DNA of 64,000 nucleotides from Octopus sinensis. Taxonomy: Eukaryota. The notes beneath the pieces were generated by a model that was given only the letters and a program-made list of their open reading frames with translations, was not told where the DNA came from and did no database searches. The DNA lies in the NCBI RefSeq assembly GCF_006345805.1, contig NC_043006.1, positions 60,016,001-60,080,000 of the forward strand. Reading direction: 5' to 3'. Of the stretch, positions 49,325 through 63,496 are shown in pieces. How positions within the stretch are numbered: the stretch's first letter is position 1; each line of letters starts with the position of its first letter. Position numbers and translations under genes: made by a program.

Positions 49325-50512
49325 CTAGCTGGTGTACCCGGTAATTCCCGGGGGTAAAGATGTTCTATTGAAACGCCTTACTACTCTGATATAAGAAAGC
49401 AATTTCGTTATAACTGCTACAAAAGGTGTATTTTTCTCCACGGAAGTGTACAAAAAACTGTCAGCTGGAGGAGGGAGAAATTGTTGAAGTTTGGCGAGAG
49501 AGGTTTTCGGAGGTTGGCGAGAAAGATTGTCGGATGATGGTGAGAGAGGTTGTTTGAGGTTGGCGAGAGGCAGTGTCATTATTCTGCTTAGCGAAGGCGT
49601 CTGGGAAATGTATAAATGCTGTCATTCACAGAAAAAACTATTGTTTTACCGTGAGAAAAGCGCTGTTGAAGTTTGAAGGGAAATTTAGCAATCGAGGATC
49701 GAATCCACGCTATGCCTGCATGAAGTCAACTCAAATACATTGTGGGATGAAAGATTTATTTACTGTCAAAGAAAAAGTGTAACTGTAAAATGCTGATTTA
49801 TCGGAGTAATGGGCATTCAAAAAAGTATGTATGTATAGAAATGTATGAATGAAGTCTTTAAGGTTTAAGATTCAAATTAAGGAAGTGCAATAATAATGTT
49901 TAGCAGTTCAAAACTATGAGTAGTGAAACGCAAAATAAAGTCGGCTGATCGTGAGAATAAGATATTGATTACTTCGCTAAAATCTGCAGGTGGTATGGGT
50001 TATTTCCCTTGGGTTGTTTAAATAAAATATTTGAATATGTAGTAGATAGAAGAATCCATTGGAAGGGCCCTATTATCGATTTTTTTCAACAATCTAAGTA
50101 TCTCACGAGGTTTCCACACATGAGTTCTACTCACGTGTCAAATAAAGTATAAAACTGATATTGTTTGCAAAAATTAGAAATAGGACACACAAAAAAATCA
50201 ATATTCAAAGTAATCGAACATAAGCAATGAAATGGGTTAAGTCCCTTGAGTGTTTTAAAAAATATTGTACAAGTTCTATGGTTTATTTCCCTTGGGTGTT
50301 TAAATAAAAAAATAGTTGTATGATGTAGACATAAATATCCCTTCCAGGGACCGTATTATCGATTTTATCTACAATGTAAGTATGTCACGAGGTTTCCAGG
50401 CATGAGTTCTACTCACGTGTCATGTTTCACCAAAATCAATAAAACGATGTAGGAGGGGTTAGATAACAGCACCACAAACAAACGCAAACCGATTTTCCAC
50501 ATATGTAGTAGA
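49325..50512 (-). mobile_element. Non-autonomous Helitron, copy 2
   Basis: same termini and hairpin as copy 1; 3' ends offset by 1491 bp. Confidence 0.85.
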
Positions 50513-50810
50513 TTTAATATTCATTTCTTTATTGCCCACAGGGGCTAAACATAGAGGGGACAAACAAGGACAGAAAAAGGGATTAAGTAGATTACATTGA
50601 CCGCAGTGCGTAACTGGTACTTATTTAATCGACCCCGAAAGGATTAACGACAAGCCGACCTCGGCATAATTTGAATTCAGAGCGTAACGGCAAATACCTA
50701 TTTCTTTACTACCCACAAGGGGCTAAACACAGAGAGGACAAACAAGGACAGACAAACGGATTAAGTCGATTATATGGCAGCTCGCCGCCATGATATATAT
50801 ATATATATTG

Positions 50811-51171
50811 CTCAAAGAAATTCCAACTTTGATTTTCACGTTTTATTTACAATATTATAATAATATGATATAAGATAATATAATGAAATGATAGAAAATT
50901 AAATGTCCATTCTGATTGAACTTGTACTTTAATGCGTTAAACTATCCAATCTCCAGGTTCATGTAGTAGTGGTGACAGTTCAAAACTGTAAAACATAACT
51001 GTCACCACTACAACATGAACCTGGAGATTGGATAGTTTAATGCATGAAAGTACTAGTTCAATCAGAATAGACATTTAATATTCTATAATTTCATCATATT
51101 ATATTATCTTATATTATATTATTATTAGATTGTAAATAAAACCTGAAAATCAAAGTTGGAAATTCTTTGAG
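50811..51171. mobile_element. Palindromic MITE (~170-bp arms, 16-nt spacer), Tc1/mariner-like
   Basis: 50811-50980 is the reverse complement of 50997-51171 with scattered mismatches; TA-rich flanks. Confidence 0.8.
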
Positions 51172-51206
51172 TACTATACTGTTCTATACACAATCATACA
51201 CACTCA

Positions 51207-51243
<37 letters not shown>

Positions 51244-51292
51244 GTGTGTGTGTGTGTGTGTAAATATAAATATATATATAATACACACACAC

Positions 51293-51498
51293 AATATTAA
51301 TAATAAGGATTACTACGAAGTTGCATAGCTTTACCTTTAATTCTTTAATCCACATACCTTAAGTGTATGTATATATATAATGTATGTATGCACTTTTGAC
51401 GAGTCACTGAGCAAGTTGGTCTATGTAAGAACGTATATAAATTAAAGAATTAAAAGTAATGCTATGCAACTTTGTAGTAATCCTTAATATTAATATTG
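51293..51498. mobile_element. Small MITE with ~58-bp imperfect TIRs
   Basis: CAATATTAATAATAAGGATTACTACGAAGTTGCATAGC.. vs ..GCTATGCAACTTTGTAGTAATCCTTAATATTAATATTG. Confidence 0.7.
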
Positions 51499-53824
51499 CT
51501 AATATTTATACACAAGGAAAGCTGTATGGTTTAGGAAATATATTCTGAATTATCCAACAGAATATTCCTCTAATTTCTTATCTGATAAAAACTTTATTAG
51601 ATGTATATGTTAACCGTTGAATAACATATTTTGAATATCTGAGAGAAAACCGGTAATCATTTTAGGGTAATCCTTTATTATTTACCCCCCCCCCCCACGG
51701 CTATGAGTACATACGCACGCAAACACAGAGACGAAACTGAAAGTAAGTTGTTGAGATTACATCTAACTCCAGCAATCTGTTACTCTGGTGTGTGTTGCTG
51801 CTCCGCAATAAATAATGCAGACGCTCTGCTTGGGAGGATCAAGCGATGGGAAAAAGTTGAAACAGCGTTAAACAAAAGCTATTCCCGATTATTGATTACT
51901 AGAAACTCACACCAACACAAACAACCTGCACCTTCTCGCGTACATTGCTCCACTCTAGCTGGTATTAGGCGGGAGGTTGTCTGCGGAGTTGAAATGACCA
52001 ATACTGTTAATGATGAATATCACTTCTTCCATGCACTGTAATCAAGGCCTCAACGAATGAAAGGAAAACAGAATAGCAATATCAAATGAAAATAAAACAA
52101 ACTTTGGTTGTATAGTGAAAACACAATAAAAATAAAACTACTGAACTAAGCTAATACTGGCGATACACGTGGAAATTCCACAGTTATTTTGGTAACTTTA
52201 AGATGAAATTGTATATTTTTGTGAAGGAATTAATTTTTTTGCAATGACGTAAAAGTCCTCTTAGGTAGTTTTAAAGGTGTAATTTCAGGTAGCAACATTT
52301 CAGAAAGCGATATTATTATCTCTACTTTCTGAGTTATCTATTTTTTAAAAACAAATTTTCGCCAAGAAGTAGTGTTGACCTTTATAACAATTTCAGTTCG
52401 CTCGTTCTCTTCAGTAATCTCTCACTCTCCCGCACTCTCTCTCTATTTTTGCCTTACCTCTCGACTATACCACGTCCCCTTCTTTACGCCAAACACGTTG
52501 TTCTATCTCTTTCTATCCACCTCCCTTTGGTCTATATTTTTGTGAAGGAATTAATTTTTTGCAATGATGTAAAAGTCCTCATAGGTAGTATTAAAGGTGC
52601 AATTTCAGGTAGCAACATTTCAGAAAGCGGTATTCTTATATCTACTTTCTGATTTAGCTATTAAAAAAAAAAAATCCTTTAAGGAGCGGTATTGACATGT
52701 ATAGCATCTTCAGTTCCCTCGCTCTCTTCAACAATCTCCCTCTCTCCCCCTCTCTCTTTCTCTCACTCTCTCTATTTTTGCCTTTCCTCTCGACTATACC
52801 ACGTCCCCTTCTCTACACTAAAAACGATCTATCTCTTTCTCGCCAATTCTCTTTTCAACAAACTATTTTACCACATAATAGCAATCCTTTTCTGCTAGCT
52901 CTTCTCTCTTTCTTTTCCTCTTTTCACTTCTCTCTTCAACTAATCACGTCAAAGCGTCATGCAGCTGACCTTAGCCTATTAATATTAGATACTATTCAAC
53001 TTATGACAATATATGTGTCTGAGTGTTACGCTCTTAACAACCTTAGCTATATAACTAAACCGGAAGACACAATCGAAATAGTTAACATAGTGAAACAATT
53101 TTTATGAAATACCTGTATAGATCAAAATTCTTGAGTATGTAAACAAACTGGCTTCTTGTTTCTCTGGGATTGGTTAAATTGATACAGGCATCTCTGATGA
53201 GAACTCAATACGCTTCGATAATCGATTAAGGCTGTTCATTTTTTCCATCTACGGAGAAATAGCTAAATTTGCCCTGTTTCTAAATCTACTACATAGTCTA
53301 CATATAACCATACCTTGATACATATATCATACCAAAATGAATAATCCTGCAACGGACCGACGTCCCGTCCACAAGGGGAATTTATACGCCGTGACACCGG
53401 GAAACCAGTCCTTATGAGTCGGCATGATTCAAGGTGATGACTAGTTTTCTATATACCTTGATACTGTGTGGACTCATATGCACGTTGACAGGTCCCTAAT
53501 ATTAAAAAAAAGAGTTCATATTTAATTACTAACTCCACTTCCCTATTATAGCGGAAATTGTCGATCATGGGTTACTTGTTTCTCTGGGATTCGTCAAATT
53601 GATGTAAACATCTCTGATGAAAATCTTGCAAGATTCGAAAATTGCTTAAGCTTGCTCATCAGTTTTTCAACATGCGGAGAAATAGCTACAGGCCCCTAAT
53701 ATTAAATAAAAAGTTAACACGGAGAAATAGTTCGATTAATCCCTGCTTATATATCTACGACATAGGATTCATATATAAAAATGTGGAATTCCTAATAATA
53801 ATAATAATAATAATGATAATATTG

Positions 53825-53877
<53 letters not shown>

Positions 53878-54029
53878 TAATAATAATATTTATTAATTTT
53901 TAAATACATATTTTATGGGTGAATTTGCGTGTGTAATCTGGGAATGCATACAATGCGCTTCTCTGCCCTAGGTGTATGGAAAACACTCGGCGAGAAACGG
54001 AAGGAAATTTGAAGAAAGAAGAAAAAAAC

Positions 54030-54090
<61 letters not shown>

Positions 54091-54169
54091 GCGTCTTCTG
54101 AGTTATAACTGTCATACCTGTTGCTCGTTTTTTTCTTTCTCCAAGTGTTTCCTTTATATTTTTATATAG

Positions 54170-54330
54170 GAGTTGCTTATGTAACGGACACAGTGACAGG
54201 AAAATGCAAAACACGGCCAATACCACACTCAAATCTTGATTCAACAGAATTAAACCCCCACGACGTCAGAATGGCAACTGCTAAACATTTTTTTGAATTT
54301 CCAAAAGATAAATACTCATACGAAGGGATT
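54170..54330 (+). CDS. Gene 2 exon 7 (GVAYVTDTVTGKCKTRPIP...KYSYEGI)
   Basis: tttatatag acceptor, ATT|gtaagt donor, 161 nt phase 1/0. Confidence 0.9.
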
Positions 54331-54777
54331 GTAAGTACCCGTATGTATAAGAGTGAACAGCACGTATGTATATGTGTACGTATGGGTGCTTTTGCAGGAA
54401 AATATTTCTGACTGTACGTGTGTATATATGCATGCGTGTCTATGTATGTGTGCATATATGCATGTATATATGTACATATGTATGTAAGTATGTATCTATA
54501 TGTCCGTATGTTTTTCTTAGGGATTTATTTAAGATTTTTTTCTTTGCAGAATTCAAACCGGCTTCTAACGAAATATCTTAACACTTTTGTGTATGTCCTC
54601 ACAATTGCGGGCGTTTGTGGGTACCAGTATTATTTCTGTATGCTTATGCGTATGCATCAGACAAACATACATTCATGTAGTTGGTGTACATGTTACATTA
54701 TTATATAAATGTGAGCTTGATTTCTGTTTATGTGTGTGCATACGTGTGTAGTCCATATGTAGTCCAAATTGGAAATC

Positions 54778-55170
54778 AAGGCGGCGAGCTGGCAGAAACG
54801 TTAGCGCGCCGGGCGAAATGCTTAGCAGTATTTCGTCTGCCGCTACGTTCTGAGTTCAAATTCCGCCGAGGTCGACTTTGCCTTTCATACTTTCGGTATC
54901 GATAAATTAAGTACCAGTTACGCACTGGGGTCGATATAATCGACTTAATACCTATGTCTGTCCTTATTTGTTCCCTCAATGTTTAGCCCCTTGTGGGTAA
55001 TAAAGAAATAGGTATTTCGACTGTCTTTACGTTCTGAGTTCAAATTCCGCCAAGGTTGACTTTGACTTTCATCCTTTCGGGATCGATAAATTAAGTACCA
55101 GTTGCGTACTGAGGTCGATCTAATCGACTGGCCCCCTCCCCCAAAATTTCGGGCCTTTTGCCTAGAGAAG
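54778..55170 (+). mobile_element. SINE family A composite
   Basis: consensus match with a second partial body. Confidence 0.85.
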
Positions 55171-55208
55171 AAAAGAATACATTGTTTTATATATAATCAT
55201 ACAAATTC

Positions 55209-55261
<53 letters not shown>

Positions 55262-55616
55262 GAAATGAGGTAATCAGATCGGATGGTTCATATTTATAGA
55301 TATTTATTTATATATTACATTTTTTACATATATATATCATATCATTCAGATCATATCATTCGGATTATTAGCGCTTTCTCCCATTCCTATATATATAGGT
55401 ATAGGTCTGTTGATGCAAACAAGAAAAGTAGAACTCAGAATATGAAGATATGCATATTCTATTTCCGTAGTGAGCAGAAGTAATTGAGTGACTTAAGGTC
55501 CAGAGATTTGTGCGTTGGCACTTATCAAATTTTGATTAGTGCCAACGTACGAAGCTCTCGGACCTGAAGTCACTCTGTTACATCTGCTAAATATTAATAT
55601 ATATATATATATATAT

Positions 55617-55689
<73 letters not shown>

Positions 55690-56073
55690 CGAGCCCCCTA
55701 ATTAAAAAGAAACGTTTCGAGTCAACGTTCTTGTACTGGAAAAATAAATGAGAAAAGAAAAAAAAAAGGATGGGAAGAAAAAGAAAAAAATTATGAGGGT
55801 TACTCTGATTGTTATGCATAAAAGTTGGTTCGAAGCATGTGTGGCAAGAGAGACAACAATGGCCTGGCGTATGTGTGTGTGTGTGTGCACAAGCACGGGT
55901 GTTTGTGTGTGTACGTATGAAGCTAATTAGTGCGTGTGAACAAGCACATGTCTGTGTGTATGCAGTCAATGTTTTCACGTGTACGTGCATGGGATCGTGT
56001 TTGTGCGTGTGTGTTCCTGTTTATGTGTGTGTGCATGCATAAGAGGCTATCAGATATATATACACACACACAT

Positions 56074-56179
<106 letters not shown>

Positions 56180-56184
56180 CATAC

Positions 56185-56263
<79 letters not shown>

Positions 56264-56353
56264 CATATATATATACATATATATATACATATATATATAT
56301 ACATATATATATACATATATATATACATAATATATATATATATATATATATAG

Positions 56354-56398
<45 letters not shown>

Positions 56399-57534
56399 AT
56401 ATATATATATATATATACATACACAGATATGTGCGTTCTTTCATCGGCGTGAGTGTAACTCCGCGTTTATAAACAGCTATGTGTATGTATATATGTTTGT
56501 GCATGTGTATGTATATATTTATGTTTGTGTGTGTGCGCGTGTACATCTGCATGCAAGCCTCTCTTATGTATGTTTGTGTATTCGTTTCTTTATATATGTG
56601 AATGCGATGTACATACAAGAGTCTAAACTTCTGGAATATCTTCAAAGTTCTATTAGTGAGTAATAATGGCAATTTCCTAATTGGTGATGTCCTTTCTGAT
56701 TTTGCGAAGACGAGATTCCTAAGACTGGAACTAAGATAATTTGTTATATAACAGAATGTCTCAATAATGTAAATTTATAGTCTGGTTGTAGTAGTTAAAG
56801 ACAACTTAGTTTGCTATAGACATTTTTTTTCTTTTACGTTTGTATGAATTTTTGTACGCATGTATGTATATATGTATGTATATGCATGTATAGGCGGCGA
56901 GCTGGTAGAAACGTTAGCACGCCGGGCGAAATTCGTAGCCGTATTTCGTCTGTCGTTACGTTCCGAGTTCAAATTCCGCCGAGGTCGACTTTGCCTTTCA
57001 TCCTTTCGGGGTCGATAAATTAAATAAGTACCAGTTACGCACTGGGGGCGATGTAGTCGACTTAATCCCTTTGTCTGTCCTTGTTTGTCCCCTCTGTGTT
57101 TAGCCCCTTGTGGGTAGTAAAGAAATATATATATGCAGGCATGCATGCATGCATGCATGCATGTATGTATGTATGTATGTATGTATGTATGTATGTATGT
57201 ATGTATGCTTGTGCATTTATGTATGTATGTATGTGAAATGCTGGGTACTGCCATGCATACATACACGCACAGACGCGCGTGCACGCCCACGCATATCTGG
57301 CCGTGTGGTAAGAAGCACGCTTTCTAACCACACGTTCCGGGGTTCAGTCCCACTGCGTGGCATCTTGGACATAAGTCTCAACAGGAGTTGGTGTGTTTAT
57401 GCCCCTGTAACCTAGCGTTTCGGCAAAATGGACCAATAGAATAAGTACCAGTCTAATGATTGAAACAAAGAAAAAAAATGATATATGTACATCAGGCACG
57501 TGCCGTGAGTAATTAGTCAGGGTAGGCAGTTACT

Positions 57535-57942
57535 CTTTTACTCTTTTACTTGTTTCAGTCATTTAATTGCGGCCATGCTGGAGCACCGCCTTTAGTCGAG
57601 CAACTTGATCTCGGGACTTATTCTTTTGTAAGCCCAGTACTTATTCTATCGGTCTCTTTTGTCGAACCGCTAAGTAACGGGGACATAAACACACCAGCAT
57701 CGGTTGTCAAGCAATGCTAGGGGGACAAACACAGACACACAAACACACACACGCATATATATATATATACATACATATATACGACGGGCTTCTTTCAGTT
57801 TCCGTCTACCAAATCCACTCACAAGGCTTTGGTCGGCCCGAGGCTACAGTAGAAGACACTTGCCCAAGGTGCCACGCAGTGGGATTGAACCCGGAACCAT
57901 GTGGTTGGTAAACAAGCTACTTACCATATAGCCACTCCTGCG
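57535..57942 (-). mobile_element. SINE family B copy
   Basis: reverse-complement consensus match. Confidence 0.85.
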
Positions 57943-58339
57943 TTGGTGACGTTTTTGAAGTAAAACGCACGAAAAATAAGCGAAACACAGGCGCACGACC
58001 CAGTTGGAGGCAGATTTACTTCTTCCTTTATAGCGCGTAAAGAAAACGTTGTTGTAGGAATGTATGCAGCACATGTACTACAGCAGTACGATGCGTAGTT
58101 TGAATATTGAGATTGAAAGGCAGGGGCGAATTATGCCGACGTAATCTACGAAAAAAATATTTTGCATTTTATGCATAATAATCAGAGTAACCTTCATAAT
58201 TTTATTGAATTAGATGCATATTTTGCCACAAAAGGAAAATATTACTATCGATCTCTTTCATTCAGGGTAGGCACTGTCTACCTTGCCTACCTAGGCGGCA
58301 CCTCCCAGGTGTACACACACACCACACACACAGACACAC

Positions 58340-58391
<52 letters not shown>

Positions 58392-59664
58392 TATTATATA
58401 TTATATATATATATATATATATATTTGTATTATTGTATTTGTCGATAAAAGTTTGAATACATATCGTGTATATGCGTTAAGTGCGTTTTAGAATTATTAG
58501 AAAAAGCCTGTTTCAGAAATCTTCCCAATACCAGTCTCTCTCTAAATATGTCTTTACTTTAGATTTTCCATTTTTAAACGGCAGGTCAGCCGCGGTTGAA
58601 CAGATGTTTATTCAAAATTATTCAAACGAAGACAACGCTGCTTTTTATTTATTTTATTGACTAATGTGACTGATGTCTTTTAAAAGTATGGAATATAATT
58701 TAAACTTGGTAGCTTTTGATAGCAGATAACGTTCGATCGTTTGTACATATTTCGATTTTCGGTACTAGATACACACACATGTACACACACTCACAGATGT
58801 GCACTAAAATAGTGCACTCTGGCTGCATTAGTTGCTACTCTGCGCTTTGCATTAAAATATCGCCCATATCACCTTTGTCCTTCATCTTTTAAGAGCATAT
58901 AAAAGACCAATAAAGGCAGTGTATAGGAACATCAGACTCTCTACCTTCAGAGTTCACATCTCACTATAGACTACTTGGAGGGTAGATTTAATTCGTCAGA
59001 CGGTATAACAGTACCACCTGTCACCTTTGGTATATTTAGCAGAATCCACTTTGTTGTATTCATTCAGGACAGGTTTTGGATTTGAAGATAACTTTCTTGC
59101 CCTTTCACCAGACTTGGTGAAGAATCATGCGCAATGCCTTCTAGCCGGCTAAAAGCTAAAAGAACCAACCCATATACGCATACATACACGTATAACAACG
59201 TACGAACACAAACAAATAACTATCCTTCAAATTTGATCGTTAATGATAAAACAATAAACAAATATGAACATTCGACCTGGGAAAAAGATATAATAGGTGA
59301 CTTTGCTTAAACAGATTATGTATTTTCCAGAGTTTTCAGAAATACACTAAAGAGTTTCAAATGGCGGAGCTAAGAGCTACGATACATTCTCGTCGGATAT
59401 TAATGGCAATAGACACTATGAAAAACCGTTGAATAAAAGGGAAGTTACTCTAATAGGTAGGAAAAAATAATATAAAAATACACCCAACTATATTCTCACA
59501 ATACATAGACATAAAACCTTATGCGTTCATAACGTCTACGTACGTATACACTCTCACACACATTATATGTACATGCATATACACACACAAACATATATGT
59601 GCATGTACCTACTCAAACATTATACACATATCCGCGCACACACACGCATATATATATATATATA

Positions 59665-59844
59665 TGGGGAGAGTTCACGAAAAAAACAAAAGACGAAGAC
59701 AGGTGGTCAATAAAACAAACAGATGTATAACGCTCAGGAATTGAAAAAGTCTCTTACGTTTCGAGCCTACGCTCTTCTACAGAAAAGGACAAAGAAAAAA
59801 AAAACAAGGAGAGAAAAAATTGTGTGTACTGGCTACCGATCTAT

Positions 59845-59898
<54 letters not shown>

Positions 59899-59973
59899 AC
59901 GCAACTTCATCCTCATATACACATAGGTCTATTCTTGCATACATTTATACATATAAATATACGTGTATTTATG

Positions 59974-60007
<34 letters not shown>

Positions 60008-60010
60008 TAG

Positions 60011-60089
<79 letters not shown>

Positions 60090-60181
60090 GGGCATACATT
60101 CACACTGCCGCATATACATATATACATATATGTACATATATACATATATACATATATGTACATATGTACACAGATATATAT

Positions 60182-60215
<34 letters not shown>

Positions 60216-60227
60216 TATATATATATA

Positions 60228-60266
<39 letters not shown>

Positions 60267-60800
60267 TTTCCTGTCACACATATACACATTTGATATATAC
60301 ATACATATACATATACTCACACATGTACACAATCACACAATTAAAAAGGAAAAGGTGAAAAACATATATAAAACAACAAAAAATGTTAAAACATGGAATG
60401 CTTATCCAGGAACATAGTAAAAATGCGGATTCTATCCGTGATCTTGGAAGGCCCAAAACCGATGTAGCGGGGTCCAAGGGACTTTTCCAGATCAGCCATC
60501 TTTCCATATTACAAAGACCACACTTGCCACTACTATTGGTATAAGGTTTACACTTGGCCATGATCTTCTAGTACATCCTATAGCTGACATCGTGTTCTTT
60601 TAAAAACCATACATGACTGGATAATTTGGTAGTTTTTCGTTTATCCCTGTGTCTGAAGATTAAGGTATGATTATTAAAATTTGCTTTAAAATGTCCCTCC
60701 ATGAGACCTACATATCTCTTTGACGAAACTGTGTTAGCGTTCGTAGAATTTACCGTGACTTTATAAATAATGGCCTCGGTGATATAGGCTTCATTTACTA
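59665..60800 (-). mobile_element. Penelope-like retroelement copy 2: GIY-YIG remnant, (TA)n expansion, hammerhead-bearing 3' end
   Basis: AIIYKVTVN..RYVGLMEGHFKANFNNH..LSSHVWFLKE..*KIMAKCKPYTNSSGKCGLCNMERWLIW at ~60420-60790. Confidence 0.8.
59749..59790 (-). ncRNA. Variant minimal hammerhead motif (CUGUAGA core)
   Basis: minus strand GTCCTTTT-CTGTAGA-A-GAGC-GTAG-GCTC-GAAAC-GTA-AGAGAC. Confidence 0.55.
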
Positions 60801-60860
60801 TATAGATATATTGCTAATCCTTTATTTAACTAATATCGAGGTTTCATTTCTTGTTGTCAC

Positions 60861-60895
<35 letters not shown>

Positions 60896-62244
60896 CATTA
60901 TTATTATTATTATACGTATGCACTGTTTTTAACAGCATGATTCATGAAGAGATTTTCACTCAAACAAAACCCACAGAATCATGTTTCAACGGTGAATATA
61001 CATGAAATAAGATGCATGCAAACATATATCTACACATACACACACAAGGAAGCTTTGATAGGGTTACAAAATGTGAAGAAAAATTATCTTGAATTAAAAA
61101 TCATTAATTGTATTGAAACACATCGGAAAAAAGCAGAATGAAACAAATCTTTTGGAAGAAAGTTTTTGTATTGTGTAAGCGCTTTCGCTATTCACAGCTT
61201 TTCAAAAGCATGTAGTACGGAGTATAGAAGAAGTTGTTTTTAGTAGCGGTGCTGATTATTTCCAATGTAGTTTCGGCTTTATATATATCCGCCTGTGTCA
61301 TACTTTACATATGTTTATGCGCGCGCGCTTGTGTTTAACAAGAAATTTAAGCCACATAAGTGATGCTGCCTCTCAACTTGAAACTCAGATTTCAACAATT
61401 CATCTCGATTCTTGCTGAATCAGGTTGTCGGTTGAATTGTTCTGCGAAACTATTTCATAGTGTGTTGTTGTCCACAGAGTAAACTCGTTCTGTATATTTT
61501 AAAATTCGGCTTAATTAATAAAGAATGGATGCTTTGTATAAGTTTGATTAACTTGTAGATTTAGATTATAGTTCAGAAAATTAATTTTATTTGCCTTTTC
61601 TTTGAATAATATAATATGGTTTCACTTTAACGCCTTCCTTTTCCCATGTAATCAAAACTAATTCAGGATTAGCATTTAACCTACTTTTTCGTTTTATCTA
61701 AATTTTTCCTTGTTTTAGCTGTTCTTCTTTTACTGCATCACAATTTCAGTTATTGTTATACATTTTCTATATATCTTAATTGAGCTTAGAAAATGTATGA
61801 ATACAATATGCTGAAAAATCAACTCGGCCTGTGTGTTTAAACTTCAAGTATTTTGAGTTCTCTGGAAGACCCTTTTTAAAGTAGAAGAAATGGCTAAGAT
61901 TTTGGCTGCTATTTCTGAACTTCGGTATGCGGCGACGCAATTCTTTTGCCGAACCCTTTTTATTAGTATTACTAAAATTTACCGTGTTAGCGGTCCTGTT
62001 TTCATACCGAATCTTACTTGGTGAAATTTATTGATTATTTCTTAATTAATTAATTTTACCCTTTGTTATTATTGATAATAGAATTTTCTCCCTGAGAATA
62101 TGTAGCATTTTACTTGGAGGCACACGTGGAAGGGCGGGGGAGGCTGAGTGGCTTTCATTCGTGTTTTGAATCTGGCGGTACTAACATCGGATGCAAACGG
62201 CCTACATCGTTATATGAATTAATTCGTTCAGATGTTCTAGTATA

Positions 62245-62600
62245 TATCAGTCCCACTGCGTGGCACCTTGGGCAAGTGTCTTCTACTATAGCCTCGGGCC
62301 GACCAAAGCCTTGTGAGTGGATTTGGTAGACGGAAACTGAAAGAAGCCCGTCGTATATATGTATATATATATATATGCGTGTGTATGTTTGTGTGTCTGT
62401 GTTTGTCCCCATAGCATTGCTTGACAACCGATGCTGGTGTGTTTATGTCCCCGTTACTTAACGGTTCGGCAAAAAGAGACCGATAGAATAAGTACTGGGC
62501 TTACAAAAAGAAAAGTCCCGGGGTCGAGTTGCTCGATTAAAGGCGGTGCTCCAGCACGGCCGCAGTCAAATGACTGAAACAAGTAAAAGAGTAAAAAGAG
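62245..62600 (+). mobile_element. SINE family B copy, 5' truncated
   Basis: starts at CAGTCCCACTGCGTGGCACC; (GTAAAAGA)n tail. Confidence 0.85.
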
Positions 62601-62601
62601 A

Positions 62602-62663
<62 letters not shown>

Positions 62664-62743
62664 TTGTGTGTATATATATGTGTGTGTGTATATGTGTGTA
62701 TATGTGTGTATATGTGTATATGTGTGTGTGTGTATATGTGTGT

Positions 62744-62790
<47 letters not shown>

Positions 62791-62871
62791 TTGTATATAT
62801 ATATATATATATATGTGTGTGTGCGTGTGTGTGTTTGTGTGTATATATATATATATGTGTGTGTGTGTGTT

Positions 62872-62919
<48 letters not shown>

Positions 62920-63151
62920 TATATATGTATGTATGTATATATGTGTATCTATCTATATATATATATATATATTATATATATATATATATATTATATATAT
63001 ATATATATTATATATATATATATATATATTAGTGGACCGAAGTAAACACACGGCCAGCGAAAACCAATTGCAAGAGAAGTTGACGTGAAATAATGCTTGA
63101 ACATTGAACAATCTGTAATCATGTTCTTTCTAAGTATGTGCTTCCTTACAG

Positions 63152-63253
63152 AAAACAGTCCGAGATGTAAAGACGGAGACATGGATCGGAACCAAAGTAG
63201 ACTGGCCAAAGAAAGGAAGTGACAAATCAACATGGGAATGGCACTACGATTAT
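63152..63253 (+). CDS. Gene 2 exon 8 (KTVRDVKTETWIGTKVDWPKKGSDKSTWEWHYDY); the gene continues beyond the window
   Basis: cttccttacag acceptor, TAT|gtaagt donor, 102 nt phase 0/0; YEGI|KTVRDV..TW parallels YMGTETIRGIPCYHW of domain 1. Confidence 0.88.
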
Positions 63254-63406
63254 GTAAGTTTTTATCAGTGTTTCGGAAATAATCATCTTCACCTCCACCC
63301 CCCACCACCACAGACGCCCCCGCTACCACCACCACAACCACTACCACTACCACCAGTGTTCCATCTCCTACTGCTGCTGCTGCTCCTCCTCCTCCTCCTC
63401 CTCATC

Positions 63407-63496
<90 letters not shown>

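Noticed and set aside
52200-52830. ~330-bp local tandem duplication
   Set aside because: Ordinary diverged intronic duplication with no recognisable motif.
53140-53700. Two diverged ~130-bp direct repeats each with CTGATGA, one with stem AATCT/AGATT and GAAA
   Set aside because: I could not build a valid stem I/III with an NUH triplet; at most a decayed hammerhead or chance.
55700-55745. Minus-strand ..AGAACGTTGACTCGAAACGTT resembling the 59749 hammerhead
   Set aside because: The CUGANGA core is absent (CCAGTACA); too degenerate to call.
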